Shown: piece by piece, positions 21,159 to 31,311 of the stretch
How the letters are laid out: each line of letters opens with the position of its first letter
Numbering within the stretch: the first letter of the stretch is position 1
Source of the DNA: a cyanobacterium endosymbiont of Epithemia turgida isolate EtSB Lake Yunoko
GTDB taxonomy: Bacteria; Cyanobacteriota; Cyanobacteriia; Cyanobacteriales; Microcystaceae
Assembly: GCF_000829235.1 (NCBI RefSeq)
Contig: NZ_AP012549.1
Span: forward strand, 2,550,001-2,582,000
Direction of reading: 5' to 3'
DNA: 32,000 bases
Notes under the pieces: generated by a model
What the model saw: the letters and a program-made list of their open reading frames with translations, nothing else
What the model was told of the DNA's origin: nothing
Database searches by the model: none
Translations under genes and position numbers: made by a program

Positions 21159-21869
21159 TTGATTAGCTTCAAGAGACGATCCTCTTTGAAAGTGAGTTGC
21201 TTAATAGAACCCGTGGAATCCGTACTACAGTCCGACAACAAAACCATAACCCAAATGGCAGTATTACTAGACTGTTACGGATTTGACCTGCAAGAATGTT
21301 CTCCAGCTGAATATATTGACTACTGGTTGACCTCTTGTTCGAGATACTGGATTCGTTTGGCAATCGTCGAAGCTTTGTATCAAGGACGTTACAAAGCCGT
21401 TTCTGTTGATCATATTCTTCGTCTGTGGCAACGAAGAGGACACCCTACCTTTCACTTTCCTCATGAATTTGAACGGTTAATCTGCCGCAATATTTTTGTT
21501 AACAAAAATATTGACAAAATTGAGTCTCAATCTTCAAGTACAAAGTTTCAAGAAATAAAGAAAGTTGATCAACCCGATAAAAAAGATATTCAACTTCAAC
21601 CATCAAAAAACCTAAATTCTGTAGCAATACGCAGGTTAACTCAGTTTTCTAAAGATGTACCCCAAAGATTGGCATTGTTTTCTCCAATTATTGATTTGCA
21701 TGATGGGACTTTAGAGAATGAACTGCCAGTTGATGAATTTATTTCATTAAACACAAAGTCAAAAAAAATAAAGTCCAAGCTTTCTATTCACCAATTCATT
21801 CCCCACTCGGATTCTTCCCAATTGTATACTAAGCTAAGAGCTGCTGTCTATCGAAAATTAGCCCAGTAA
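21159..21869 (+). CDS. Conserved hypothetical protein with a low-complexity K/S-rich C-terminal half
   Basis: 236-aa ORF. The N-terminal half looks like a real conserved domain (YWIRLAIVEALYQGRYKAVSVDHILRLWQRRGHPTFHFPHEFERL), which I recall only vaguely from cyanobacterial hypotheticals. The start is uncertain: TTG at 21159 from the ORF track, or ATG at 21255 (MAVLLDCYGFDL...). Confidence 0.6.
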   Translation: MISFKRRSSLKVSCLIEPVESVLQSDNKTITQMAVLLDCYGFDLQECSPAEYIDYWLTSCSRYWIRLAIVEALYQGRYKAVSVDHILRLWQRRGHPTFHFPHEFERLICRNIFVNKNIDKIESQSSSTKFQEIKKVDQPDKKDIQLQPSKNLNSVAIRRLTQFSKDVPQRLALFSPIIDLHDGTLENELPVDEFISLNTKSKKIKSKLSIHQFIPHSDSSQLYTKLRAAVYRKLAQ

Positions 21870-21978
21870 ACTTAGGGATTAATCATAATCTCTTGTAATT
21901 AATTCTCTTTAATACTTAAAGAACTTACCTAGGCAGGTTTTATTTATCTAGCTTAACTATCAATACAGGGAATTAAAT

Positions 21979-22697
21979 CTATTTTCTATTTAAATTTAAT
22001 ATCCAAAGGCTAGAGGGTTTTGTTGGAACAGGAGTAGGAGTAAAAGCAGGAGTGCCAGAATCATCCCGTAATTGGAAACCTGTTCCCCCATCACTTGGAT
22101 CAAGAAAAGGTCGTAAATTAATGGCATTATTTTGAGGAAGATCAATTATTCTGTAGGAGTAAATTCCTATCAAAAATAAGACTCAATTGATTGATAATTG
22201 ACTCACTAGTCTTACCGTCAGGAAAAGCATTAACGCCTCGGGTATATTGTCTTTCTTCTGCTGCTATTAAGGTTTAGAAAATTTGATTGCGAGTAATCTC
22301 AGGATTTTTACCAGGAGGAATGGTTAAAACAATTCGAAACGAGCGATCTTGTTGAGTGGTAACACAGATGGGGTCGTAGTTATTTTATCTTCCTGTTTTT
22401 AATTCTAATAATCTATCAGGTCAATATATTTCTAGACGACGACTAATTTCATGACAACGTCGTTGTGCCGTCTAACTATTTTCTAAATTATTGGGAATTG
22501 TGCAAGGATAAGTCCGATGGTCTTAATTTTTAGGATACTACATAACAGTATATCTACCTCTTTATAACTGAGAGATAAACCATTTATTTCCTAAATTAGT
22601 ATCAAAAGGTGTAGGAGGAAAAAAGTTAGTTGGATCAGTTTCAATAACAATGTCAGCGAAGTTTGTAGGTGTATTATAGTTATTGGATTGAGCCATC
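21979..22697 (-). pseudogene. COP23-like (circadian oscillating protein family) pseudogene
   Basis: One minus-strand frame reads ...YPKN*DHRTYPCTIPNNLENS*TAQRRCHEISRRLEIY*PDRLLELKTGR*NNYDPICVTTQQDRSFRIVLTIPPGKNPEITRNQIF*TLIAAEE.... This parallels the COP23 core as I remember it (TPxQRCxEVSxRFxxYYxxGxLxYxTTGRMNGxxVICV...LLFTLKPGxNPxxTLxxLF). There are five in-frame stops, and frame changes at both ends. The ORF-track ORF 21979-22173 is the out-of-frame tail. Confidence 0.55.
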
Positions 22698-22834
22698 ACT
22701 TTTGATTATATAAAAACAGAAATAATAATTAAATGAAAGCATATTTTTTGATTAGAGAATTGCTATCTACCTTTACTGAATTTGTTATATTTAAAATTTA
22801 CCTAAAAGTTAACATAAAGTAAAAATTTCCTCTA

Positions 22835-22882
22835 TTCCAAAATACCTAAATCAAGGCTAGTCTTGATTTAGGTATTTTGGAA
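22835..22882. repeat. Perfect hairpin, 21-bp arms and 6-nt loop
   Basis: ttccaaaatacctaaatcaag / gctagt / cttgatttaggtattttggaa. It lies between the unassigned gene relic (22890-23395) and the COP23-like pseudogene, both on the minus strand. Confidence 0.9.
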
Positions 22883-24297
22883 CTAAGAACGTGACACTTT
22901 GATTACCGCAATAATTACTTATTCTTGATGATTTATTTCATAATTTTTTCCGATTAACTGAATTTTTTTCAACCACTAAGCCATCGTATTCAGTTGGTAA
23001 AGATACAGTTTGTAAATTTGGAAGAGTATAAATTGCTTGTACTGAACTTTTGTGGTCAATCCGCAATTGTATTATAGGATTTTTATAAAAAAACCAATAT
23101 AGTTTATGCTTTAGACTGGTTTTGCGAAGTTTCTGTGTAACTACTTTCTCAAATCAGACAACTTTAAAAGTTGAGAGTGGTTTTTTCAGCTAGTTTTATT
23201 AGTTTTGCGCGAGCCTGCTCCAAAAATTAGACTGTTATTATGCTCCCTAGAATGTGTTTAGCATCATCTAGTTTAAGTTTATAATAACGTCATTGGGAGT
23301 CCAAAATGCCGTAATATTTCCGAAAAAATGGGTAAGCTAAAGTTTTTAACGATAACTGAGAAATTTCTATAGTTCTCATGGATTAGTGACCTTTTACAGG
23401 GTATATATTTTTCTCTATAAAAGCAATTAAATATCAAGTTTAATTTGATTAATCGTTGTATTTTCGATGTATTGTTGAACGATTCCGGAACAGCGAACTT
23501 TCATCAGTTAATTTAGAGACTTAGAAATCTATTGAAAAACAGTGAATATTATTTAATTTTTAAAAAATTGTATAATTTATATTATGACTCATGTTTTGCG
23601 CCAAAAATTATAAAAAAATAATAAATAGAAAAGATAAAATCTTGAATAGAAAGTCGTAAAGATATTTAACTTTTTCAAGATTAATTTAAATAATAATTAC
23701 TGTATTTAAATACTATTATGGTTAGAAAACAAAACTAATCTATCATTATTTAAACTATAATGAGCTTGAGTAATTACAGGCATAATTTACAAGCAATCCT
23801 CTTATTTATTAATATAATCATAAAAATTATTGAATATAATATTTATCTACTTTGCCCTAAAATATAGTATTTCTAATTTTCATTTGCGTTAGTAAACTAT
23901 TTTTTATAAAAGATAATAATTTTTCAGACTCTTTAATTTATTATGTATTAACACTATTGAATTAATTTTTAATGTATTTAAAAATTAAAATTTTGCAAAA
24001 AACATAAATTTTACTTAAAAACTCATTGTCAACCATTTTATTTTGAGACATAAAAGTTTGTAGATTAGATAAAATATATAAAATAAGACACTTATTCCAA
24101 CTTAAGTAATTCAACTATAACAAAACGATGTATTTCTATAGTATAAAGCATAGATCTTCTCGATTAAGCATGATAAATGGGTAATTAAGTAATTTCTAAT
24201 ATTTTTATTTGTTGCTCATCTATATTGTCTATTATAAGACTTTAGACTTTTCCATCACGCTGTTATTGTAGCTAATCTAAACGCTCTAAAAGTTTCG

Positions 24298-26055
24298 TTA
24301 CATTCTTTCCAAAACAGAAATTCCTAACAAAGACAAGCCTAATTTTAAGGTTCTTGCTGTTAAATCACACAGTAATAAACGAGATGTTTTCAAAGGGTTT
24401 TCTGATCTAAGGACTGGACAATTTTCATAAAATCGGTTGAACTTTTTGCTCAGTTCATATAGATAATCACATAAACGATTAGGGAGCAAGGTTTTCTCGA
24501 CTTCCTTAATCACTTCATTTAACTGTACTAAGTATTTTCCTAGATCAATTTCAGTATCTTCTTTTAAAATAATTTCAATGTCTTTTGCTAACTTCTGAAA
24601 ATCAATTTTTCCCTCTCGACTAATACTTTGTATCCTTGCATAAGCATAAAGCATATAAGGGGCTGTATTCCCTTGCAAGGTAAGCATTTTTTCATAACTG
24701 AAAACATAATCACTAGTTCGGTTTTGACTTAAATCTGCATATTTAACTGCACCAATTCCCACAACTTGGGAAACGTTATCAATAAACTCCCTAGATTCTT
24801 TTCTTTGTTCTTTCTTTAATCTTTTTTCAAAATCTTGACGTGCATGATTAACGGCTTCATCTAATAGGTCTCGTAGTTTCACTGTTGTTCCTGAACGAGT
24901 TTTTAATCTTTTGCCATCTTCTCCTTTAACTAAACCAAAAGGAATATGAATAATCTCTGATTGATCATGAATTATGTTAGCTTTTTTAGCTACCTGAAAA
25001 ACTTGGGCAAAGTGATTAGCTTGCCCGGCATCAGTAACATAAATAATTCGTTCTGCTTTATCTTTTTCAATACGGTATTTTAAAGCAGCTAAATCACTAG
25101 TTGCATAGTTATAACCACCATCAGACTTTTGAACAATTAAGGGGAAAGGAGCACCTGCTTTATTAGTGAATCCATCTAAAAAAACACATCGCGCTCCTGC
25201 ATCTTCTTTAAGTAACTTATGTTTGTCTAATTCTTTAATAATATCTTCTAAGAAAGGATTATAAAAAGACTCTCCTCGTTCAGTTAATTTAATATCTAAC
25301 CGATTATAAATAACCTGAAACTCCCGACGGGACTGATCACATAATAATTGCCAAGCATGACGTGTTTTTTCATCCCCTGCTTGTAATTGAACTACTTTAT
25401 TTTTAGCAGTTTGTTTAAAGGTTTCATCTTTATCAAAACGTTGTTTAGCTTGTTTATAAAATGTTTCTAAATCTCCAATATCTAAAGCATCTGCCGTGGT
25501 TAAAGCCTCAGGGCAGACTTCGTCTAAATAAGCAATTAACATCCCGAATTGTGTTCCCCAATCTCCCAAATGATTGAGTCTTAGAACGTGATACCCTCTA
25601 AATTCTAAAGTTCGGGCAATACAATCACCGATAATAGTAGATCGCAAATGTCCAACATGCATTTCTTTAGCAATATTGGGACTGGAAAAATCAACAATTA
25701 CTTTTTGGGAAAGATCAGTTCTTTCTATACCTAAACGTGGATCATATCGACTCGCTTTAAGTTTACTTTCAAGATAAGTTATCTTCAGCCTAATATTAAT
25801 AAATCCTGGTCCAGCAGTAGTGGGTGGATCTGCTAACTCTTTCAACGCTAAGTTGTCAATAATTTTTTTTGCGATATCTCTTGGATTTTCCCTTATTTTT
25901 TTAGCTAAAACTAGGGCAATATTTGATTGATAATCTCCAAATTTAGAATTACTTACCAAAACTACTAATGGATCAATTTCAGCAAAATCAGTTCCGAAAG
26001 CATTAACTAATGCTTGGCGAAAATATTGGGTTAATTGTTTGCTAATAGAAGTCAT
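24298..26055 (-). CDS. argS: Arginine--tRNA ligase
   Basis: 585-aa ORF with a class-I HIGH-type motif (EMHVGHLRS), an ArgRS N-terminal add-on domain and a C-terminal DALR anticodon-binding region ending in ...LGISVLERM. Confidence 0.95.
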   Translation of the reverse strand: MTSISKQLTQYFRQALVNAFGTDFAEIDPLVVLVSNSKFGDYQSNIALVLAKKIRENPRDIAKKIIDNLALKELADPPTTAGPGFINIRLKITYLESKLKASRYDPRLGIERTDLSQKVIVDFSSPNIAKEMHVGHLRSTIIGDCIARTLEFRGYHVLRLNHLGDWGTQFGMLIAYLDEVCPEALTTADALDIGDLETFYKQAKQRFDKDETFKQTAKNKVVQLQAGDEKTRHAWQLLCDQSRREFQVIYNRLDIKLTERGESFYNPFLEDIIKELDKHKLLKEDAGARCVFLDGFTNKAGAPFPLIVQKSDGGYNYATSDLAALKYRIEKDKAERIIYVTDAGQANHFAQVFQVAKKANIIHDQSEIIHIPFGLVKGEDGKRLKTRSGTTVKLRDLLDEAVNHARQDFEKRLKKEQRKESREFIDNVSQVVGIGAVKYADLSQNRTSDYVFSYEKMLTLQGNTAPYMLYAYARIQSISREGKIDFQKLAKDIEIILKEDTEIDLGKYLVQLNEVIKEVEKTLLPNRLCDYLYELSKKFNRFYENCPVLRSENPLKTSRLLLCDLTARTLKLGLSLLGISVLERM

Positions 26056-26750
26056 ATTTTGTATACAAAAAAGTTATCAAATAAATACTCTAAATCTAGA
26101 TTAGACGAAACTTGAGCTAATCTGTCGAGATTATTGATATCTGGTAAGTAGGGTAAAACCCCTAAAACTCGGACTCCCGTCAATCGTTGAATTAACTCTA
26201 TAGGAATACAATCGGTTAATTCCTGTTGAGAAACCGACTCAGAGCAGCTTAAAACAATACCCTTAAGTTTAACATTGCTTTGACGAGCTAAGGCTACATT
26301 AGCTACCGCTTTGGCGATATCTCCTAACTTTAGCGGAACAACTAAAACTGTTAATAACCGCCATTCTCCCGCTAAATCAGCCATTGTTAAGTCCCAAGTT
26401 AGAGGAGATCCTAAACCCCCTAATCCTTCGACTAAAATAAAATCAGATGTTTGCTGCAAAGAGACTAAATCTTGCCAAACTTCTTGTAAAGGAATGGATC
26501 GTCCTTCACCTTCGGCTGCGATGGGTGAGTCCACAGGAGTTCGAAAAGACAAAGGTTTAACTACTTTCACCAAAGTAAAATCAGAAAATAACCGTTGATA
26601 ATATTGGTAATCTCCTTCTCCTGTTTGTAACAGTTTCATCAAACCTAAAGGTTGATGGGAATAATATTTTTGCCAATAAGCCGCTAAAGCAGCTGTAACA
26701 ATGGTCTTTCCGACCTTTATATCTGTTCCTGCAATTAACAATGTTTTCAT
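26052..26750 (-). CDS. bioD: Dethiobiotin synthase
   Basis: 232-aa ORF with a P-loop ([11 protein letters not shown]), a KLLQTG motif (KPVxSG-like) and [10 protein letters not shown] (EGAGG-like). Its stop overlaps the argS start by 4 nt (ATGA). Confidence 0.85.
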   Translation of the reverse strand: MKTLLIAGTDIKVGKTIVTAALAAYWQKYYSHQPLGLMKLLQTGEGDYQYYQRLFSDFTLVKVVKPLSFRTPVDSPIAAEGEGRSIPLQEVWQDLVSLQQTSDFILVEGLGGLGSPLTWDLTMADLAGEWRLLTVLVVPLKLGDIAKAVANVALARQSNVKLKGIVLSCSESVSQQELTDCIPIELIQRLTGVRVLGVLPYLPDINNLDRLAQVSSNLDLEYLFDNFFVYKI

Positions 26751-27028
26751 TTTATAAATAAAAAACTCTTAAATTTTTCTTATAATTTTCGGTTTTGTTT
26801 AAATTTAGGAAATAATAAAAACAATCTTTTTTAATTGTCTCACCAGTTTGCTAACTTCTCAGAAAGGTTAGCTAAAACTTCCAAGTGTAAATAAAAACTA
26901 TCTATGCATGTATATACATCAAAAAAACTTTTTATATTATGATCATACGTAAATAAGAAAACCTCCTCAAGCAAGCAAAAAATCTGAGATGATGGATTTG
27001 CTCTAATATAAAAGAACAAAAGTCTGCC

Positions 27029-28021
27029 GTGAGTCACATTCCTATATTAACATTAAACTCAACAGTGCCAACACTGTCAGAGAATAATCGTCTAAGTCTT
27101 TTTTCCGGGTCTGCTAATATTTCTCTTGCCCAAGAAGTGGCCTGTTATTTGGGAATGAATATTGGGCCGATGGTTCGCAAAAAATTTGCTGATGGGGAAC
27201 TTTATGTTCAGATTCAAGAATCTATTCGGGGATGTGATGTTTATCTAATCCAACCCTGTTCTCATCCTGTAAATGATCACTTCATGGAATTGCTGATCAT
27301 GATTGATGCCTGCCGTCGAGCATCAGCGCGACAGATTACTGCTGTCATTCCCTATTATGCCTATGGACGGGCTGATCGCAAAACCGCAGGGCGCGAATCA
27401 ATTACCGCTAAACTGGTAGCTAATTTATTCACTCAAGCTGGGGCCCAACGTGTATTAGCTATGGATTTACATTCAGCCCAAATACAAGGTTATTTTGATA
27501 TTCCCTTTGATCACGTTTATGGAGCTCCCGTGATCGTTGATTATTTAGCAAATAAACAGCTTTCCGATTTAGTGGTTGTCTCCCCTGACGTGGGAGGCGT
27601 AGCTAGGGCAAGGGCATTTGCTAAAAAACTTAATGGGGCTCCCTTAGCAATTATTGATAAACGCCGTCAAGCTCATAATGTAACTGAAGTGTTAAATCTA
27701 ATTGGGGATGTTCATGGAAAAACCGCCGTCTTAGTCGATGACATGATCGACACGGCCGGCACCATTTTAGAAGGGGCTAAAGTGTTGCGTAAAAAAGGCG
27801 CAAGACAGGTTTATGCTTGTGCAACTCATGCCGTCTTCTCCGAACCAGCAATTTCTAGGTTATCGAGTGGGATATTAGAAGAAGTTATTGTGACTAACAC
27901 AATTAGTGTTCCCCAAAAACATCATTTTAAACAACTAACAGTTCTCTCGGTGGCTAACTTAATAGGTGAGGCTATCTGGCGCATTCATGAAGATACTTCT
28001 GTTAGTAGTATGTTCCGTTAG
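27029..28021 (+). CDS. prs: Ribose-phosphate diphosphokinase (PRPP synthetase)
   Basis: 330-aa ORF with a GTG start. Motifs are FADGELYVQIQESIRGCDVYLIQ, DLHSAQIQGYFDIPFDH and the PRPP-binding loop VLVDDMIDTAGT. Confidence 0.93.
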   Translation: MSHIPILTLNSTVPTLSENNRLSLFSGSANISLAQEVACYLGMNIGPMVRKKFADGELYVQIQESIRGCDVYLIQPCSHPVNDHFMELLIMIDACRRASARQITAVIPYYAYGRADRKTAGRESITAKLVANLFTQAGAQRVLAMDLHSAQIQGYFDIPFDHVYGAPVIVDYLANKQLSDLVVVSPDVGGVARARAFAKKLNGAPLAIIDKRRQAHNVTEVLNLIGDVHGKTAVLVDDMIDTAGTILEGAKVLRKKGARQVYACATHAVFSEPAISRLSSGILEEVIVTNTISVPQKHHFKQLTVLSVANLIGEAIWRIHEDTSVSSMFR

Positions 28022-28065
28022 TTATTTAATCGGTTTTTATTAATTGAAAATAATTGGCAATTGAC

Positions 28066-28093
28066 TATTAATTGTTGATTATTAATTGTTTAT
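28066..28093. repeat. Tandem 14-nt direct repeat, with a third partial copy at 28038-28046
   Basis: tattaattgttgat | tattaattgtttat, with one mismatch. The 9-nt core tattaattg also occurs at 28038. All copies lie in the 88-bp prs/yjbQ-like intergenic spacer. Confidence 0.7.
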
Positions 28094-28109
28094 CACTGGT
28101 CACTAATTT

Positions 28110-28526
28110 ATGAATTGCCATCAAAAGAAACTGTCTATTTCAACCAAAGGAAAAGATTTTCATCGCATTACCCATACGATAGAAGAAGTGGTTACTGAGT
28201 CTGGAATTAAAACAGGATTGTGTACTATTTTTGTACTTCATACATCAGCATCATTAATAATTCAAGAAAATGCTGATCCTGATGTTTTAGTAGATTTATC
28301 TAATTTCTTTGCCCGATTAGTTCCTGAATCACGACAATATATTCATAGTACTGAAGGACCTGACGATATGCCTGCCCACATCCGCTCGGCGTTGACAAAA
28401 ACCTCTGAACAAATTCCCATTAGTCAAGGTCGATTAGTTTTAGGTATTTGGCAAGGTATTTATCTTTGGGAACACCGCACAGGTAGTCATGAACGAAATG
28501 TTATGATTCATATAAGTGGAATTTAA
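28110..28526 (+). CDS. yjbQ: YjbQ/UPF0047-family protein (secondary thiamine-phosphate synthase family)
   Basis: 138-aa ORF with family-typical segments (HTSASLIIQENADPDV, EGPDDMPAHIRSAL, LGIWQGIYLWEHR). Confidence 0.8.
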   Translation: MNCHQKKLSISTKGKDFHRITHTIEEVVTESGIKTGLCTIFVLHTSASLIIQENADPDVLVDLSNFFARLVPESRQYIHSTEGPDDMPAHIRSALTKTSEQIPISQGRLVLGIWQGIYLWEHRTGSHERNVMIHISGI

Positions 28527-29351
28527 ATGTAAAATCCAAGTAGACTGATTAGCAGTATTTTTTTGTATTGCTAGTCAATCTATTACCAAATTTTAATAAA
28601 TAAACTTTCTTAAAAAACCTCATAATCAGTTAATCGATAGTTATGATTAATAATCAGTAGTTTAAATTGTAATTTAAGCTCTTCTTTTCCCTAAGTAAGA
28701 AGATAGCCTTATTCTACTAATAATTTGATAGATAATAATATTTTAATACTAAATTATTTGTGCTTTCAATAAAATTATCGTTTTAATTTTTGTTTAAAAA
28801 ACATATTATTTTTTGGGGTGTATATATAATACTATTCTAATCCTAAATAAATGACGTATTTTATTATCTATACTGTGTTTGAAAGTATTAATTTTTCCCG
28901 TTTTTATGAATTAGAGAATAGGAAATACATACATATTTTTGGCAGAATAACTCATTTGTTGGTCATAGATTTACTTAGTAATCGAAACAATAGCTCGACA
29001 TTGACTACGATCTTGAAATAGCATAATTGTATTAACAGAATCTACAGGGTAAACGATACTTTACCTCTCAAAAAAAAGTAATAAAAGTTAAAAACCTAGA
29101 AAAATAATTAGGAAGTTTAGGCATTGAGCCTAATGAATTAATTACCCTGAAAATGTGTGTTGTATCTTTAGATTACTAAAATTTAAGATTCCTCTCTGTG
29201 TTCATTTTTATTTAATCAACAATTCTGACATAACCTGAAGCTAATCTAAAGTTATTGGGCAAAGCAGCGATCTATTGATTAAGATCGACAACAAGCAATA
29301 CAGATGGAGTCAAATTTTTGACTTCTTAACCTTTGACCGGATGACTTCATT

Positions 29352-30395
29352 ATGACTAGCTTTCAGCCCGTGGCTGTTCCAGAATACAACCTTGATCGTG
29401 ACTGTACTACTCTTTCTCGCCACATTCTCCAACAACTCCAAAGCTTTTCTCCGGAAGCTCAGGATCTTGGTGCTATCATGACCCGCATCGCTTTGGCTGG
29501 GAAACTGATTGCCCGTCGCCTTAGCCGTGCCGGTCTTATGGCTGATGTTTTAGGATTTACGGGAGAAACCAATGTTCAAGGAGAATCCGTCAAAAAGATG
29601 GATGTCTATGCTAACGATGTATTTATCTCTGTATTTAAACAAAGTGGTTTAGTTTGTCGTCTCGCTTCTGAAGAAATGGACGACCCCTATTACATTCCAG
29701 AAAATTGTCCTATTGGACGTTATACTCTTCTTTATGATCCCATCGATGGTTCCTCCAACGTAGATATTAATATGAACGTGGGATCCATTTTTGCCATTCG
29801 TCAACAACAGGTAGTCGATGAAGATGAAAAGGGAGCGGATTTATTGCAAGATGGCAAAGGACAACTAGCGGCTGGATATATTCTCTATGGTCCTTCAACC
29901 ATGTTAGTTTACTCCATTGGTCATGGGGTTCATTCTTTTCTTCTCGACCCCAGTTTAGGGGAATTTATCCTTGCTCAAGAAAATATTAAAATTCCTGATC
30001 ATGGACCTGTCTATAGTAACAATGAAGGGAATTTTTGGCAGTGGGATGAAGCTATTCGGGACTATACCCGTTATGTTCACCGCCATGAAGGATATACCGC
30101 TCGTTATAGTGGAGCTTTGGTTGGAGATGTGCACCGAATTTTAATGCAAGGGGGAGTGTTTCTTTATCCAGGCACAGTAAAAAAACCTGAAGGGAAATTA
30201 CGATTGCTTTATGAAACTGCACCCCTAGCTTTTTTGATTGAACAAGCAGGAGGAAAAGCTAGCGACGGCACCACAAGAATCTTAGATATCGTTCCCGATA
30301 AACTGCACGCAAGAACTCCATTAGTAATCGGTTCTAAAGATGATGTTAAGCTCGTTGAGTCATTTATTGAAGATCGCAAACATCGAGAAAGTTAG
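29352..30395 (+). CDS. fbp: Class I fructose-1,6-bisphosphatase
   Basis: 347-aa ORF with the FBPase class 1 metal-site motif ([13 protein letters not shown]), a [16 protein letters not shown] segment and a [17 protein letters not shown] segment. Confidence 0.93.
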   Translation: MTSFQPVAVPEYNLDRDCTTLSRHILQQLQSFSPEAQDLGAIMTRIALAGKLIARRLSRAGLMADVLGFTGETNVQGESVKKMDVYANDVFISVFKQSGLVCRLASEEMDDPYYIPENCPIGRYTLLYDPIDGSSNVDINMNVGSIFAIRQQQVVDEDEKGADLLQDGKGQLAAGYILYGPSTMLVYSIGHGVHSFLLDPSLGEFILAQENIKIPDHGPVYSNNEGNFWQWDEAIRDYTRYVHRHEGYTARYSGALVGDVHRILMQGGVFLYPGTVKKPEGKLRLLYETAPLAFLIEQAGGKASDGTTRILDIVPDKLHARTPLVIGSKDDVKLVESFIEDRKHRES

Positions 30396-30517
30396 ACAGC
30401 AAAGGACTAATATTTGGGTTTATATAGAATCTTTGTATTAAGAGGCTTGTTTGCTTTTATAGATAGTTATAAAAAAGCTACAGATGCGGTTTTTTCTGGC
30501 TCTGGGAGCAATAAACA

Positions 30518-30569
30518 AGGAACCCACAGCTCCTAGGTTTTAATCAAAACCTAGGAGCTGTGGGTTCCT
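30518..30569. repeat. Perfect GC-rich hairpin, 24-bp arms and 4-nt loop (possible 3'-end structure of the fbp transcript)
   Basis: aggaacccacagctcctaggtttt / aatc / aaaacctaggagctgtgggttcct. It starts 123 nt after the fbp stop. The nearest U-run is about 11 nt beyond the stem, so it is not a canonical intrinsic terminator. Confidence 0.9.
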
Positions 30570-31311
30570 CCTTCTAGAAATTTTTGAGCTTGCTAAGTAC
30601 CAAAAAGGCAGACTTCGCTCGTTAAAATTTATGGGATCTAGAAATCATATCAGCACTAAAAAAAACAGGAACAACGACAATACAAAAGTTTTTAAGCAAA
30701 AAGTAATCTCAATTTTTGCTGTTTATTTTTTCTAGGAAAGCTAATTTTCAATGAATTAGTCCTATTTCCCAGAAACAAAAATGTAATTAACCACACACAA
30801 GTGAGAGTAAAGTTTATTACTCCAAATGAAAGCTGGCAAAAAAAGTTAAAAACATTAGTAAATTTTACTCATATAGATTGATATTAAAGAAAAAATAATA
30901 TTTTTTAAAACCTTTTTGCAGAGTTTATTGATGATATTGATAGTATTATCTACTTACGTATTTAACAGTTATTAAATCTAATAAAATTGAGAAATTTTAA
31001 TTAACTTAATATTAACAAACCAATACTCTTTTAAGCTATTCAAATATTTTAATTTTTAATACCAGCAAGTATTTGTCTTAGTTCTTACATAAAAAAAAAA
31101 CAATCCTATGATTTTTAACAAATAAAAGCTGAAAGTTAGAAAAATTTGAAAAAAGTTGCTTTCTTTGTGGGTTTCTTTGTCTTCTACCACTCTTCCCTAA
31201 AGATCTGAATACAGATATAATGACCAAAGCTTAATTTTCTATGATAAGTTTCCTGAAATTTAAAAAGTTCTAGATACACTGGAGATTAACGAAGGAGCAT
31301 TTGAAAACTCT

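Noticed and set aside
2012-26598. ORF-track entries lying antisense or out of frame inside strong genes: 2012-2362, 3998-4225, 14124-14336, 14709-14921, 15293-15499, 17116-17337, 17705-17899, 21169-21363, 21267-21464 and 26311-26598.
   Set aside because: These are shadow ORFs within hypF, tldD, pyk, the DUF4346-like gene, the porin, the conserved hypothetical and bioD. Their products are low-complexity or Pro/Ser/Arg-rich, and I recognise no family.
5323-27037. Stand-alone short ORFs in AT-rich spacers: 5323-5571, 8618-8809, 12434-12637, 16346-16555 and 26840-27037.
   Set aside because: Their products are dominated by F/L/I/K/N/Y, as expected from translating AT-rich DNA, and no motifs are present. 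ORF 12434-12637 does have an AGGAGG 5 nt upstream of its TTG start. However, it is essentially a poly-Phe/Leu translation of a T-rich strand.
30396-31311. The missing transaldolase gene between fbp and zwf, considered as evidence for loss of tal from an fbp-tal-zwf-opcA operon.
   Set aside because: That four-gene order is known from Nostoc/Anabaena. Direct fbp-zwf adjacency without tal also occurs in unicellular cyanobacteria, as reported for Synechococcus elongatus PCC 7942. The spacer is shorter than a tal gene, and I could not read any tal-like fragment in it.
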